In this document: one piece after another, positions 21,001-29,963 of the stretch | Layout: each line of letters starts with the position of its first letter | How positions within the stretch are numbered: position 1 is the stretch's first letter | Source of the DNA: an uncultured Flavobacteriales bacterium | GTDB taxonomy: Bacteria > Bacteroidota > Bacteroidia > Flavobacteriales_D > Parvicellaceae | Direction: 5' to 3' | Length of the DNA stretch: 63,837 bases | Assembly: GCA_913064955.1 (NCBI GenBank) | Contig: CAJYBK010000001.1 | Span: 1 to 63,837, forward strand | Notes under the pieces: generated by a model | What the model saw: only the letters and a program-made list of their open reading frames with translations | Databases searched by the model: none | Told to the model about the DNA's origin: nothing | Made by a program: the position numbers and the translations under genes

Positions 21001-22387
21001 TTTGGATAATGTGACAGGAACTTACGCTACCACAGACGGTATATTGTTGCCAGGATATAGTCCAAGGACAAATATTTTGGGTGTTCAAGCAACAACATTT
21101 GGGGAGGTTCAGAATTCTCCATATCAGTTTATCGCAGGTGGCAATCAAGAGATTGATATTTTTGGAAGGCCAACAGGCTATTCATTTGGAAACACAGCTT
21201 ATGCTAATGGATGGCTGACAGATAGTTTACAATTGATTTCTACTCAATACATGGTTAATCATTCTGAAAAAGCAAATTTAAAAGCAACACTTAAGCCAAT
21301 CACTGGGTTGAAAATAGACTTGAATGCCGATTTCAATTTTAGCCAAAACACGAATTCAACGCTCGGTTTTGATGATAATGATGAATTTGGATTGCTAAAC
21401 AAACAGTACACAGGTATGTTTAGTAGGTCGATTATCTCATGGAGAACGGCTTTTGTGAAAGAGAAAGGCGAAACAGATGCTTTGGTTAATCAAACTTTTA
21501 CTAATCTAGTCGGCATGAGAGGTGAAGTGTCTCAGGTTATTGGAGGCGATACTGATTTGTCTAATTTAAATGCGGATTCCGTAAGTGCTGAAACCAATTA
21601 TGCACCTGGTTATGGGGGGTCTCAACAAGATGTCTTGATAGGTTCATTTATAGCAGCGTATACTGGGGTTGATGCGACTCACAAGACTGTTTCTAATCCT
21701 TTTAGTAAAATGCCATTACCAAACTGGAGAGTAAGTTATGATGGCTTGTCTAAGATTGAATTCATTAAAAAAATATTCAAAAGAATCACATTTAATCATG
21801 CGTATCGAAGTAATTTGAATATTTCAGGATTTACCACCAATTTGAATTATGATGAAGACAACGCAGTAGTAGATTTAAATGGAAATGTGATTAGTCAAAA
21901 GCAAATCATGCAGGTCTCGATTACAGAGCAATTTGCTCCTTTAATTGGTATAGATGTTACACTGAAAAATGATATTATGGCGAAGTTTGAGTTCAAAAAA
22001 GATAGAAATATCGGATTGAGTCTTTCTAATAGTCAGATTACCGAAATTAAAGGAACTGAAATTACCATTGGGTCTGGATATACTTGGAAGAAATTGCAAC
22101 TCCCATTTAAAGTTCAAGGAAAGAAACTAGATCCTAAGGATTTAGTTATGCGATTGGATATGTCCATAAGAGATAATAAAACTATTATCCGAAAAATTAT
22201 TGAAAATCAAAATCAACCAACCGCTGGTCAAAGGATTGTTTCTATTAAGTTTTCTGCATCTTATAATTTGACAACTAAGTTTACCATTCGAGCATATTTC
22301 GATAGAGTTGTAAATAATCCATTTATTTCAACATCTTACCCTACGGCAAATACAAATGCAGGGGTTGCGCTTCGATTCCAATTGTAA
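15005..22387 (+). CDS. sprA: T9SS outer-membrane translocon SprA (Sov)
   Basis: 2460 aa; FDFDQQIQM, SYIDDFEGS and EVWVNELRL motifs; ruvA-sprA-gcvH synteny. Confidence 0.96.
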   Translation: MTYTIGLLVALFFSTAIFANKNELIKPTFNWVEVDSPDVNLPYPIPTSTDPSNPNTGMIDFQDPLNYNNNVIYDPETGTYIFTNTVGDDINVLPPSSMTMEEYMIYQNEQSMQQYWKDKVDEQVDDARGKEAELPEFQTDPETVFKLPNDFIEIRPQGSAELKFGVNISRTDNPVLPEKQRRITTFDFDQQIQMNLTGKIGDFMKIGFNYNTEATFDFENELKLSYAGDEDDIIELLEAGNVSMPLNSSLIQGSQSLFGIKSKLRFGKLSITTVLSQDKGQKKEIEVAGGAQVQEFEINVDNYEENRHFYLGGYFGDTYDQTLSTLPVPSSQIQIQRMEVWITNRTNDFEDTRNILGFADLAESNTANMENPAYANGGAIIPDNKHNDLYAQLTQNTSIRNYVNASTVLNGTFGMQQSVEYEKLENARLLTENEYSYNSILGYVSLNQSLNNDEVLAVAYQYTYQGKTYQVGEFSTDGIAGQSALFLKLLKSTVRNPTKQLWQLMMKNVYSLGAYQVDPANFKLDIWYNNPSTGVDVNYIPQAGTDNIRLLIQLLKLDQLNQQQAKYSDGVFDFIPISATSGRVSQVGTINPRNGRLYFTTKEPFGATLRGALEEVGVNQNVIDKVAFDQLYDSTKTAAQQLPELNRFKIKGTYQSSVSSEISLNALNIPQGSVQVTAGGRLLQEGSDYTVDYNIGRVKILNDGILSSGTPVKIQMESNSLFSIQQKSLIGTHLDYRISKDAQIGATIMRLTEKPLTQKVNIGDEPIANTMFGLDGSFKKDIPFLTKLVDKIPGIDTKEMSSINFSGEVAGLLPGHNRAIGKEGNSYIDDFEGSQSSIDIRSFNTWVLASVPQGQPDLFPEGSLSNNLDYGKKRAKIAWYVIDPLFHNNNNLTPDYMKNSEMQTDNRMRQVLVNEVFPNKQLATGSLNNIPVFDIAYDPEERGPYNFDVQNVDPSTGKFNNPSERWGGIMRTLTTNDFEAANIEYIQFWMMDPFSTDHPNGTNEDSPNTTGGELYFNLGNVSEDILRDGRKSFENGIPASGPDADGNYTTGDVVSTNWGWMPTSQVVVTAFDNDINTRLNQDVGLDGLRNDLEAEFFDDYLNSIVVDPAIKAQIEADPSNDNYRYFRDDRYDQDQVSILDRYKLYNNPDGNSPTSEISATINADAYSTSATTLPNIEDINGDNNLNETESYFQYQVALKPQNMEVGTNFIVDKIDATDERSGKSVIWYQFRIPVRQFSSRINGIQDFRAIRFIRLFMKGWSQEAVLRFARLELVRGEWRAYLGDLLSNGEYIQGEESNTTFNVTAANLEDNGKKVPINYVIPDGIVREINYQTANLAQQNEQSLVLDVCGLKDGDARAAYRNVNFDVRNYNKLEMFVHAESNVSEFDLEDGDLTVFVRLGTDFSANYYEYEMPVKASPWYNNSPGSVWPTENDMVIDLNVLKEVKILRNAQNYNIFERFTRPDTTAPDRNITVIGNPNLQSMKTVMIGVRNPKKDDPDNQWLPDDGEEICAEVWVNELRLSDFNESAGWATIGRMTAQLADFADVSVAGNYSSPGWGSIEQSVSERQQEHIYGFDASTTVQLGNFFGDRVGLRLPVYVGYSRNVIRPLYDPLNPDLILEKGESIEDDEWREYLDNSIDLTERRSINFTNVSVNPKNKEGKAPKPHFYNLSNLSFNFSYNELNKKDINTRYNDTKNYLLGMNYSFSKSPRPWEPFKKISFIRKSKWLKPLRDFNLYLAPKQIGFATNINRTYNEYATRYNFFGGENLEFPQFNKTFNWDRDYTLKYDLTKALNFDFKAKNRAFIDEPFGKVDYGMFGYEQDTSRTQVANSLFNDFGQTMNYNHTFNVNFKWPLGSFPLTDWVTLTTRYTGSYDWTQAPLALPDVGNVVQNSRQISWNAKLTMKTLYNKVPYLKKVNTKYNGRGSSMKNKISSKSKTDGKAGKEDESKKPKIKKDGKVDLTNPDDPDNPDNIKKAKEEKKKAREEKDGFNILEQFARILMSLDNVTGTYATTDGILLPGYSPRTNILGVQATTFGEVQNSPYQFIAGGNQEIDIFGRPTGYSFGNTAYANGWLTDSLQLISTQYMVNHSEKANLKATLKPITGLKIDLNADFNFSQNTNSTLGFDDNDEFGLLNKQYTGMFSRSIISWRTAFVKEKGETDALVNQTFTNLVGMRGEVSQVIGGDTDLSNLNADSVSAETNYAPGYGGSQQDVLIGSFIAAYTGVDATHKTVSNPFSKMPLPNWRVSYDGLSKIEFIKKIFKRITFNHAYRSNLNISGFTTNLNYDEDNAVVDLNGNVISQKQIMQVSITEQFAPLIGIDVTLKNDIMAKFEFKKDRNIGLSLSNSQITEIKGTEITIGSGYTWKKLQLPFKVQGKKLDPKDLVMRLDMSIRDNKTIIRKIIENQNQPTAGQRIVSIKFSASYNLTTKFTIRAYFDRVVNNPFISTSYPTANTNAGVALRFQL

Positions 22388-22463
22388 AATGAAAAATCCG
22401 TTCCTTAAATAAGCAAAACTCAAAAGATTTTCATAAGTTCGCACAAAATTAAAAACATACTAA

Positions 22464-22841
22464 ATGAACATTCCTTCAGAATTAAAATATACTAAAGACC
22501 ACGAGTGGTTAAAAGTTGATGGTGATATTGCAACAATTGGTATTACTGATTTTGCGCAAGGTGAATTAGGTGATATAGTTTACGTTGAGGTAGAAACTTT
22601 AGATGAAACGTTGGATGCAGAAGAGGTATTTGGAACAGTTGAGGCTGTAAAAACCGTTTCTGATTTGTTTATGCCTGTGAGTGGTGAAATTATTGAATTC
22701 AATGAGGAATTAGAATCGGCTCCAGAGTCAGTTAATTCGGATCCTTATGGTGCTGGTTGGATGATTAAAGTAAAATTGAGTGATGTATCTCAGTTAGATG
22801 CTTTAATGTCTGCAGACGATTACAAAGCCTTGGTAGGTTAG
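22464..22841 (+). CDS. gcvH: Glycine cleavage system H protein
   Basis: YTKDHEW and lipoyl site VEAVKTVSD. Confidence 0.98.
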   Translation: MNIPSELKYTKDHEWLKVDGDIATIGITDFAQGELGDIVYVEVETLDETLDAEEVFGTVEAVKTVSDLFMPVSGEIIEFNEELESAPESVNSDPYGAGWMIKVKLSDVSQLDALMSADDYKALVG

Positions 22842-22848
22842 TATCCTG

Positions 22849-23247
22849 ATGTTTTTTAAAAACTTTTGGCCTGCAATTCTTTGGTCAATCGTCATTTTTA
22901 TTCTTTGTAGCACTCCGGGGAAATCATTCCCCTCTACAGATTGGATGAGATGGTTCAATTTTGATAAATGGGTGCATGCGTTTTTATATTTTGTCTTGCT
23001 CTGTTTGTGCTATTTCGGTTACCGAAAATATGCCAATAAGGAATGGGGGACAATGTTTCTTGTGTCTCTAATATTTTGTGTTTGCTACGGTGTCGGGATC
23101 GAGCTTTTTCAAGCATTTTTCTTGCCAGATAGGTCCGGAGATGCTCCTGATGCAGTAGCAAATTCTATGGGTTCAGTCTTTGCAATTTTGAGTATTAGGA
23201 TTTGGTTTAAATCTTGGCCTTGGCAGAATAATTTACTCCAGAATTAG
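22849..23247 (+). CDS. VanZ-family membrane protein
   Basis: DKWVHA, YGVGIELFQ...RSGD..D..AN motifs. Confidence 0.88.
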   Translation: MFFKNFWPAILWSIVIFILCSTPGKSFPSTDWMRWFNFDKWVHAFLYFVLLCLCYFGYRKYANKEWGTMFLVSLIFCVCYGVGIELFQAFFLPDRSGDAPDAVANSMGSVFAILSIRIWFKSWPWQNNLLQN

Positions 23248-23345
23248 GAGATAATTAGGGAACGGTATGAACCTTTTGATTATCGGAGTGTATAAAGTAG
23301 ATGAGATTGAAAAAAAAATATTAATTTTACCCAAAATCTTTTAGT

Positions 23346-24041
23346 ATGGAACTGAAGAAAAATAAAGACATAGACTTAGGCAGAATGGTCAATCGTGCGG
23401 GGTACCTTTCAGTAGGTGGAGTTTTCGCATTGGCTTTGACGCTTTGTTATATGGAGTATTCCTCATTTGAGTTGAAACAAAAAAATTTAGAATCTAATTA
23501 TGTAGATGATAGACCGGACGATTTCGTTCCTCCGATTCTTGATTTTGCACCACCGCCACCGCCACCGCCACCACCGCCACCGCCACCGGTTGCTGATGAA
23601 ATTGAAGTGTTGGAAGATGATGATATGGAGGAAGATGATGTAACTATTGTGGATCAGGAAGATACTGCGCCACCGCCACCGCCACCGCCACCACCGCCAC
23701 CAGTTGATGAAAAGCCAGTTGTGGAAGAAATCTTTGATGTTGTAGAAACATCTCCTGAGTTCAAAGGAGGAATGCAAAAATTATATGATTACTTAGGTAA
23801 TCAAATTAAGTATCCTCAAATGGCAATGGACAATAATATACAAGGTAAAGTATATGTTCAATTCGTAGTGGAGAAAGATGGAAGTATCAACGATGTTAAA
23901 GTTGTGAAAGGTGTCCACAATACATTGGACAAAGAAGCAATTAGAGTTGTGAAAGATATGCCGGCATGGAATCCAGGTGAGCAAAGAGGAAAAAAGGTAC
24001 GTGTTAGATACACATTGCCTATTAATTTTACGATCAACTAA
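23346..24041 (+). CDS. tonB: Energy transducer TonB
   Basis: N-terminal TM, poly-Pro linker and TonB_C domain (YPQMA...QGKVYVQFVV). Confidence 0.92.
   Translation: MELKKNKDIDLGRMVNRAGYLSVGGVFALALTLCYMEYSSFELKQKNLESNYVDDRPDDFVPPILDFAPPPPPPPPPPPPPVADEIEVLEDDDMEEDDVTIVDQEDTAPPPPPPPPPPPVDEKPVVEEIFDVVETSPEFKGGMQKLYDYLGNQIKYPQMAMDNNIQGKVYVQFVVEKDGSINDVKVVKGVHNTLDKEAIRVVKDMPAWNPGEQRGKKVRVRYTLPINFTIN
23550..23702 (+). repeat. Two CCA/CCG poly-proline tracts (13 and 11 codons), 120 bp apart
   Basis: 23550-23588 and 23670-23702; the first 32 nt of the two tracts are identical. Confidence 0.9.
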
Positions 24042-24059
24042 AAATTGAAAATAATAATG

Positions 24060-24091
24060 AAAAAGGGAACCATTTGGTTCCCTTTTTTTTT
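24060..24091 (+). terminator. Intrinsic terminator after tonB
   Basis: AAAAAGGGAACCA-TT-TGGTTCCCTTTTTTTT. Confidence 0.85.
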
Positions 24092-24277
24092 GTTTTAATA
24101 ATTTGGAATCACCAAATAATCAACGGTTTATACTGATTAACAAATAAACCTTTACAGTTTTCCAATCTCATCATTTTATCATGTATTTTTTGAGTAACTT
24201 TGTTACAACTCTAAAGTAGATTATGGTGTTGTGTAACAAGTGGAGAATTAGAGTTATAACTAATAAAGAAAAATTAA

Positions 24278-25600
24278 ATGAGTTGTTCAAGTTGTAGCAA
24301 TAATAGTAGTGGAGTGCCTAATGGGTGCAAGAGTAATGGCAATTGTGCTGATGGAGGTTGTGATAAAATGTCTGTTTTTGATTGGCTTAGTGATGTACAA
24401 GTACCAACGGGTAGATCAGTTTTTGATGTAATTGAGGTAAGTTTTAAAAATGGCAGAAAGGGGTTTTTCAGAAATGAGAAGAATCTTCAAATCTACAAGG
24501 GTGATTCAATTGTGGTGGAAGCATCACCTGGTCATGATGTTGGAGTAGTTTCTCTAACGGGAGAATTGGTGAGGCACCAGATGAACAGGAAGAATGTGAA
24601 AATGGCACCGCATGAATTAAGAAAGGTTTATCGTAAAACTACAGAGGCTGATTTTGAGAAATGGAAAGCAGCTAGAGATAAGGAATATGAGACCATGCAT
24701 GAAGCTAGAGAGTTGATTGTGAAGTTAGGTCTTAAAATGAAGTTAGGTGATGTAGAGTATCAAGGTGATGGGAATAAAGCTACTTTCTATTATACAGCAG
24801 AACAAAGAGTCGATTTTAGAGAATTAATCAAAGTGATGGCTGAGCAATTCAGAATTAAAATTGAAATGCGTCAAATTGGTTCAAGACAAGAGGCTGGTCG
24901 ACTAGGAGGTATTGGATCTTGTGGAAGAGAACTTTGCTGTTCAACTTGGTTAAACGACTTCAGATCTGTTTCGACAGGGGCTGCTAGATATCAGCAGTTG
25001 TCACTTAACCCTCAAAAATTAGCGGGTCAGTGTGGTAAACTAAAATGTTGCCTTAATTTCGAATTAGATCAGTATGCTGAGGAATTAAAGTCATTTCCTG
25101 ATACAAGAAAACCACTTGAAACAGCTAAAGGTACTGCTGTACACATTAAAACAGATGTCTTCAAAAGATTGATGTGGTACTTGGTGAAAGGAGAGAAAAA
25201 TTCAGCGATTATCTGTTTGACTGTAGACAGGGTTTTTGAGTTGATAGAGTTGAATAAGAAAGGTACAAAAATTAGTAATATTACAGATTACGTTCAAGTA
25301 GAGGAGCCTAAGAATGAAGTAGAATATGCTAATGTAGATGATCAAGATGATTTAACTCGTTTTGATAGTAAATTCAATAAGAAAAAGGGAAATAGAAACA
25401 AGTCAAGAAACAAGAAAAGAAACAACCCTAATTCTAATAACTCGAATAAACCAAATCCTGAAGGAGGCGCAAAGAATCCTGAAGCGAAAGCAGGCGGGAC
25501 AAACAAACCAAATAAGAGGAGAAAAAACTTCAAAAAGAAGAAGCCAAATAGTGAAGGAGGAAAGCCTTCAACTCCTAATAATCCTACACCTAAAGAGTAA
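24278..25600 (+). CDS. ricT: PSP1-domain / RicT (YaaT)-family Fe-S protein
   Basis: RVDFRELI, GGIGSCGRELCC and GQCGKLKCCL motifs; low-complexity K/N tail. Confidence 0.88.
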   Translation: MSCSSCSNNSSGVPNGCKSNGNCADGGCDKMSVFDWLSDVQVPTGRSVFDVIEVSFKNGRKGFFRNEKNLQIYKGDSIVVEASPGHDVGVVSLTGELVRHQMNRKNVKMAPHELRKVYRKTTEADFEKWKAARDKEYETMHEARELIVKLGLKMKLGDVEYQGDGNKATFYYTAEQRVDFRELIKVMAEQFRIKIEMRQIGSRQEAGRLGGIGSCGRELCCSTWLNDFRSVSTGAARYQQLSLNPQKLAGQCGKLKCCLNFELDQYAEELKSFPDTRKPLETAKGTAVHIKTDVFKRLMWYLVKGEKNSAIICLTVDRVFELIELNKKGTKISNITDYVQVEEPKNEVEYANVDDQDDLTRFDSKFNKKKGNRNKSRNKKRNNPNSNNSNKPNPEGGAKNPEAKAGGTNKPNKRRKNFKKKKPNSEGGKPSTPNNPTPKE

Positions 25601-25607
25601 ACTTTTT

Positions 25608-26093
25608 ATGTTAGCATCAAAGTTTAAAATAGCATCATTTTTAGTATTGTTTTTTTGTGCATTTGTTATTAGTTCATGCACCGATAAGAATGTGTTTTAT
25701 GAGGATTCCAAAGTTATGGAGGGTCAATCATGGAACTACAATGATTCTGTATCGTTTGAGTTTGACATAAAGGATACGATGCAGAAGTATGACTTCTTTA
25801 TGAATTTGAGAATAACAACTAGCTACGAATGGGCAAATTGCTATGTTTTTATGGCTTTGGCCGGTCCTGAGTTAGTTGCTTTCGATACGGTGCAAATTCC
25901 TTTAGCTGATGTTACTGGTCACTGGAACGGTAAAGTTTCTGGAAGCATGGTAGAGAACAATGTATTGTTTATGAAGAGTGTACGATTCCCGCAGGCAGGA
26001 AAACACAAAATCACTTTTGTACAAGGCATGAGGGATCAGGAATTAGGGGAAGTGTCCGATGTTGGGTTGACAATTAAAAAATCCACACCTTAA
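25608..26093 (+). CDS. gldH: Gliding motility lipoprotein GldH
   Basis: Lipobox ISS-C; W....V.F.F.I.D, LADxxGxWxG and QGMR...V.DVGL motifs; ricT-gldH-PBP synteny. Confidence 0.9.
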   Translation: MLASKFKIASFLVLFFCAFVISSCTDKNVFYEDSKVMEGQSWNYNDSVSFEFDIKDTMQKYDFFMNLRITTSYEWANCYVFMALAGPELVAFDTVQIPLADVTGHWNGKVSGSMVENNVLFMKSVRFPQAGKHKITFVQGMRDQELGEVSDVGLTIKKSTP

Positions 26094-26105
26094 TAAAATG
26101 ATAAC

Positions 26106-28454
26106 TTGGCAAGGAAGACTTTAAAAAATTTAAAAAAGAAGCCAGCAGTAACTAAAAAAAAGTCAACTGCAGATGCTGCGCAACTGTCCACTAGACAAAA
26201 GGTTATAGTGCTCATTGCAACATGGCTTGTTGTTCTTGCACCAATTCTTACTGTATTTCTTATGCTGTGGTCCGTTCCGGAGGATGAATTACCTTCATTG
26301 ACTCAGTTAGAGAATCCAAGATCAGATGAAGCAAGTATTGTCTACGATATAAAGGGAGAAATTTTAGGAACTTACTATATCACCAATCGAACAAAAGTTT
26401 CGTATCAAGAACTATCTCCATTTTTAGTGGATGCATTGGTTTCTACAGAGGATGAGCGGTTTTTTGAGCATTCAGGAGTTGATGGTTGGGCTCTGCTAAG
26501 AGCAGTTGGTGGTGCTGCTACGTTAAGAAATAAAGGAGGAGGAAGTACAATCACTCAGCAGTTAGCCAAAATGATGTTTCACGAGGCTCCTGCAAGTAAA
26601 TTTGGAAGGATCCGACAGAAATTTGCTGAATGGATTATTGCCACGAAATTGGAAAATAGGTATACAAAAAAGGAAATTGTCGCAATGTATTTCAATCAAT
26701 TTGATTTTTTGAATACAGCAGTTGGTGTTCACTCAGCAGCGAGAATTTATTTTGATAAAGAACCAAAGGATTTAGAGATTCAGGAAGCTGCAATGTTGGT
26801 GGGTATGGCAAAGAACCCATCTATCTATAATCCAGTAAGGGATTCATCAGCTACTTTGAAAAGAAGAGAAGTAGTACTCAATCAAATGCTTAAAAATGAT
26901 AAGTTAACGCAAGCGCAATATGATTCAGTACGGGTATTACCTATAGGATTAGATTATCACCCGGAAACACACACTACTGGATTGGCACCCTATTTTAGAG
27001 AGCAAGTGAAACAAGATGCAATTTCTATATTGAAGGAAAAAGGCCTAAAAAACTCATTTGGGGAAGATTACAATATTTTTAAGGATGGCTTAAAAGTCTA
27101 TACTACATTGGATGCAGATATGCAACAACATGCCGAATGGGCTGTGCAAGAGCATTTATCCAAAACACTCCAGCAACAATTGGATGAGAATATTGAAAAG
27201 AACAAGAATTACCCTTTTTCCAATAGCGTTTCTACTAAAAATGCGGAAAAGTATCTATTGGCAGCGATGAAAGCATCTGATCGCTACCAAAAACTAAAAA
27301 CTTTAGGTTGGACAGATAAGAAAATTGAACAAAATTTTAATGAAGTAACAACTTTAGAGGTGTTTGACTGGAACTCTAAAAATCACACTAAAAAAGTGGA
27401 GATGACCCCATTGGATAGCATCAAATACCACTTCAAAGTTTTAAGAGCAGGATTGGTCTCAATTGACCCCAAAACAGGATTTATAAAGGCATATGTTGGA
27501 GGCCCAGATTTTAGTTTTTTTAAGTATGATTATGCTTCAATAGCCAAAAGGCAAGTAGGTTCTACAATAAAACCATTTGTATATGCAGCTGCAATTGAAG
27601 CAGGTGTATTGACACCCTGTGATGAGATACCATATATAGAGTATTGTGTTGAATTAGAAGATGGCAAACAATGGTGTCCTTCTGGAGATGGATTTGACGG
27701 AACTATGACGCCTATTCATTTTGGATTAGCTAACTCTTCGAATCCTGTAACAGCTTATGTCATCAATAAAACAGGAGGTAATAACGAAAGGGTGGTAAAA
27801 TACCTCAGTAATATGGGTATGAAGAATAGTTCGGTGAAGGCATATCCATCTTTAGGGTTAGGAGTGTGTGATCAAACGGTACTTGATATGACTGCCGCTC
27901 ATTGTGTGTTTAGCGCAAAAGGAAAATACCATAAGCCAATTTCTATTTTACGAATTGAAGATGGAGGAGGTAAAGTACTTTACGAATCTCATATCCAAAC
28001 TAAGGCTATACTCGATCCTAATGACGCATTTGAAGTGCTTAAAATGATGAAGGGAGTTGCGGGAGTGCAAAGACCTGCTGACGGAAAATGGGGTGGTACT
28101 GCGGCAAGAATTAGAAGTTCAAAATATGCTTACCAATTTAAAGGAACAATGGCAGGGAAAACAGGGACTACCCAAGATAATACAGATGGTTGGTTTATCG
28201 GTCATACGCCTGATTTAGTTACAGGGGTTTGGGTTGGTTGTGATCATAGAGGTGTACATTTTAAGTCAACCAAGTATGGTCAAGGGGCAAATACAGGCCT
28301 TCCTATTTGGGGTTATTATATGGGAAAAGTTTATAAAGACAAAAATATTAAAATCTCCCATGGAGATTTTTCACCAATTAATTCTGGAGATCCTACAGTT
28401 ATCGATTGTAAAGTTGATTCAAGTCAAGTGATTGATCCTTGGGATATATTCTAA
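26106..28454 (+). CDS. Class A penicillin-binding protein (PBP1A family)
   Basis: TEDERF, GGSTITQQLAK, GSTIKPF (SxxK), SSN and KTG motifs. Confidence 0.95.
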   Translation: MARKTLKNLKKKPAVTKKKSTADAAQLSTRQKVIVLIATWLVVLAPILTVFLMLWSVPEDELPSLTQLENPRSDEASIVYDIKGEILGTYYITNRTKVSYQELSPFLVDALVSTEDERFFEHSGVDGWALLRAVGGAATLRNKGGGSTITQQLAKMMFHEAPASKFGRIRQKFAEWIIATKLENRYTKKEIVAMYFNQFDFLNTAVGVHSAARIYFDKEPKDLEIQEAAMLVGMAKNPSIYNPVRDSSATLKRREVVLNQMLKNDKLTQAQYDSVRVLPIGLDYHPETHTTGLAPYFREQVKQDAISILKEKGLKNSFGEDYNIFKDGLKVYTTLDADMQQHAEWAVQEHLSKTLQQQLDENIEKNKNYPFSNSVSTKNAEKYLLAAMKASDRYQKLKTLGWTDKKIEQNFNEVTTLEVFDWNSKNHTKKVEMTPLDSIKYHFKVLRAGLVSIDPKTGFIKAYVGGPDFSFFKYDYASIAKRQVGSTIKPFVYAAAIEAGVLTPCDEIPYIEYCVELEDGKQWCPSGDGFDGTMTPIHFGLANSSNPVTAYVINKTGGNNERVVKYLSNMGMKNSSVKAYPSLGLGVCDQTVLDMTAAHCVFSAKGKYHKPISILRIEDGGGKVLYESHIQTKAILDPNDAFEVLKMMKGVAGVQRPADGKWGGTAARIRSSKYAYQFKGTMAGKTGTTQDNTDGWFIGHTPDLVTGVWVGCDHRGVHFKSTKYGQGANTGLPIWGYYMGKVYKDKNIKISHGDFSPINSGDPTVIDCKVDSSQVIDPWDIF

Positions 28455-28541
28455 GTTTTTCATCCTTTTTCTGTTAATTTTCTTTAAATGACAATTTGTC
28501 ATACATTTTAATTATATACCTTTGTTTTCTAATTTTTTACA

Positions 28542-29963
28542 ATGGACGAAAAGGTTATTATTGAAGAGAGACAAGGTGAAGCAGTCATGATGGAAGGGAA
28601 TGTTCCAAATGGCCGCAAACTATATCTAGAAAGTTATGGTTGTGCTATGAATTTCTCAGATAGTGAAATCGTTGCTTCTATTCTTCAAAAAGAAGGTTTT
28701 ACTACTACAAGAAATGTAGAAGAGGCGGATGTGGTAATGCTTAATACTTGTTCGATTCGTGAAAAAGCGGAGGCAACAGTTAGAAAGCGATTACAATTAT
28801 TTAAGAAACAGAAAAAAGTTAACCCAAATTTGGTAGTTGGTATTTTAGGATGCATGGCTGAGAGAATGAAGGAAACTTTATTGGAAGAAGAAAAGTTAGT
28901 AGATGTTGTAGTTGGTCCTGATGCTTATAGAGATTTGCCTTCATTGATTGCGCAAGTAGATAGCGGTCAAAAAGCAGTTAATGTTTTATTGTCAAGAGAC
29001 GAGACATATGCGGATATCAGTCCGGTTAAATTGGGAGGTAACGGTGTAACAGCTTTTATCTCAATTACCAGAGGATGTGACAACATGTGCTCATTTTGTG
29101 TGGTACCTTTTACAAGAGGAAGAGAGCGCTCAAGAAATCCATTGAGTATTGTGGCGGAAGCAAGACAGTTATTTGAAGAAGGATATAGAGAAGTTACTTT
29201 GTTAGGTCAAAATGTAGATTCATACCGTTGGAACGTATCCAAAAAAGGAGAGATTGTGGATGAAAATATTCCTACCACTAATTTTGCTGAGTTAATGGAG
29301 ATGGTGGCGAAAGTTAATCCGAAATTGAGAGTACGATTCTCTACTTCACACCCTAAAGATATGACGGATGATGTATTACATATGATGGCTAAATATGATA
29401 ATATTTGCAAATACATTCATCTCCCTGTTCAGTCTGGAAATACCGAGATTTTGAAAAAAATGAACAGAGGGTATACACGTGAATGGTATGATAATAGAAT
29501 TTCAGCAATCAGAAGAATTATGCCGGATTGTGCTATTTCTACAGATATCATTACAGGGTTTTGTACTGAGACAGAAGAGCAACATCAAGATACAATCGAT
29601 TTGGTTAAACAAGTGCGTTATGATTATGCATATATGTTTTTCTATTCTGAACGTCCAAAAACACTAGCTGAAAGAAAATACGAAGATGATATTCCGCTTG
29701 AAGTTAAGAAACGAAGATTAGCAGAGGTAATAAAAGTGCAAAATGAAAATTCATTATTTAGATTAAGTCATTTTGTTGGACAAACTCAAGAAATATTAAT
29801 TGAAGGACCTTCTCGTAAATTTCCCGATTCGCAATTGTGTGGACGTAATACTCAAAACGCTATGGTGATAATTGATAAGGGTGAATTAACAAAAGGAACT
29901 TACGTAAATGTGCTCATTGAAAGTTGTACAGGAGCAACATTATTTGGAAAAGTAGTTGACTAA
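28542..29963 (+). CDS. miaB: tRNA ms2i6A37 methylthiotransferase MiaB
   Basis: [20 protein letters not shown], radical-SAM CDNMCSFC and a TRAM domain. Confidence 0.97.
   Translation: MDEKVIIEERQGEAVMMEGNVPNGRKLYLESYGCAMNFSDSEIVASILQKEGFTTTRNVEEADVVMLNTCSIREKAEATVRKRLQLFKKQKKVNPNLVVGILGCMAERMKETLLEEEKLVDVVVGPDAYRDLPSLIAQVDSGQKAVNVLLSRDETYADISPVKLGGNGVTAFISITRGCDNMCSFCVVPFTRGRERSRNPLSIVAEARQLFEEGYREVTLLGQNVDSYRWNVSKKGEIVDENIPTTNFAELMEMVAKVNPKLRVRFSTSHPKDMTDDVLHMMAKYDNICKYIHLPVQSGNTEILKKMNRGYTREWYDNRISAIRRIMPDCAISTDIITGFCTETEEQHQDTIDLVKQVRYDYAYMFFYSERPKTLAERKYEDDIPLEVKKRRLAEVIKVQNENSLFRLSHFVGQTQEILIEGPSRKFPDSQLCGRNTQNAMVIIDKGELTKGTYVNVLIESCTGATLFGKVVD

Noticed and set aside
23487-23777. W/R-rich antisense ORF
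   Set aside because: It is the reverse complement of the TonB poly-Pro codons.
25362-25607. Long N-terminal extension of gldH overlapping ricT (possible frameshift fusion)
   Set aside because: The open frame arises from the A-rich low-complexity ricT tail. GldH has its own ATG and lipobox from 25608.
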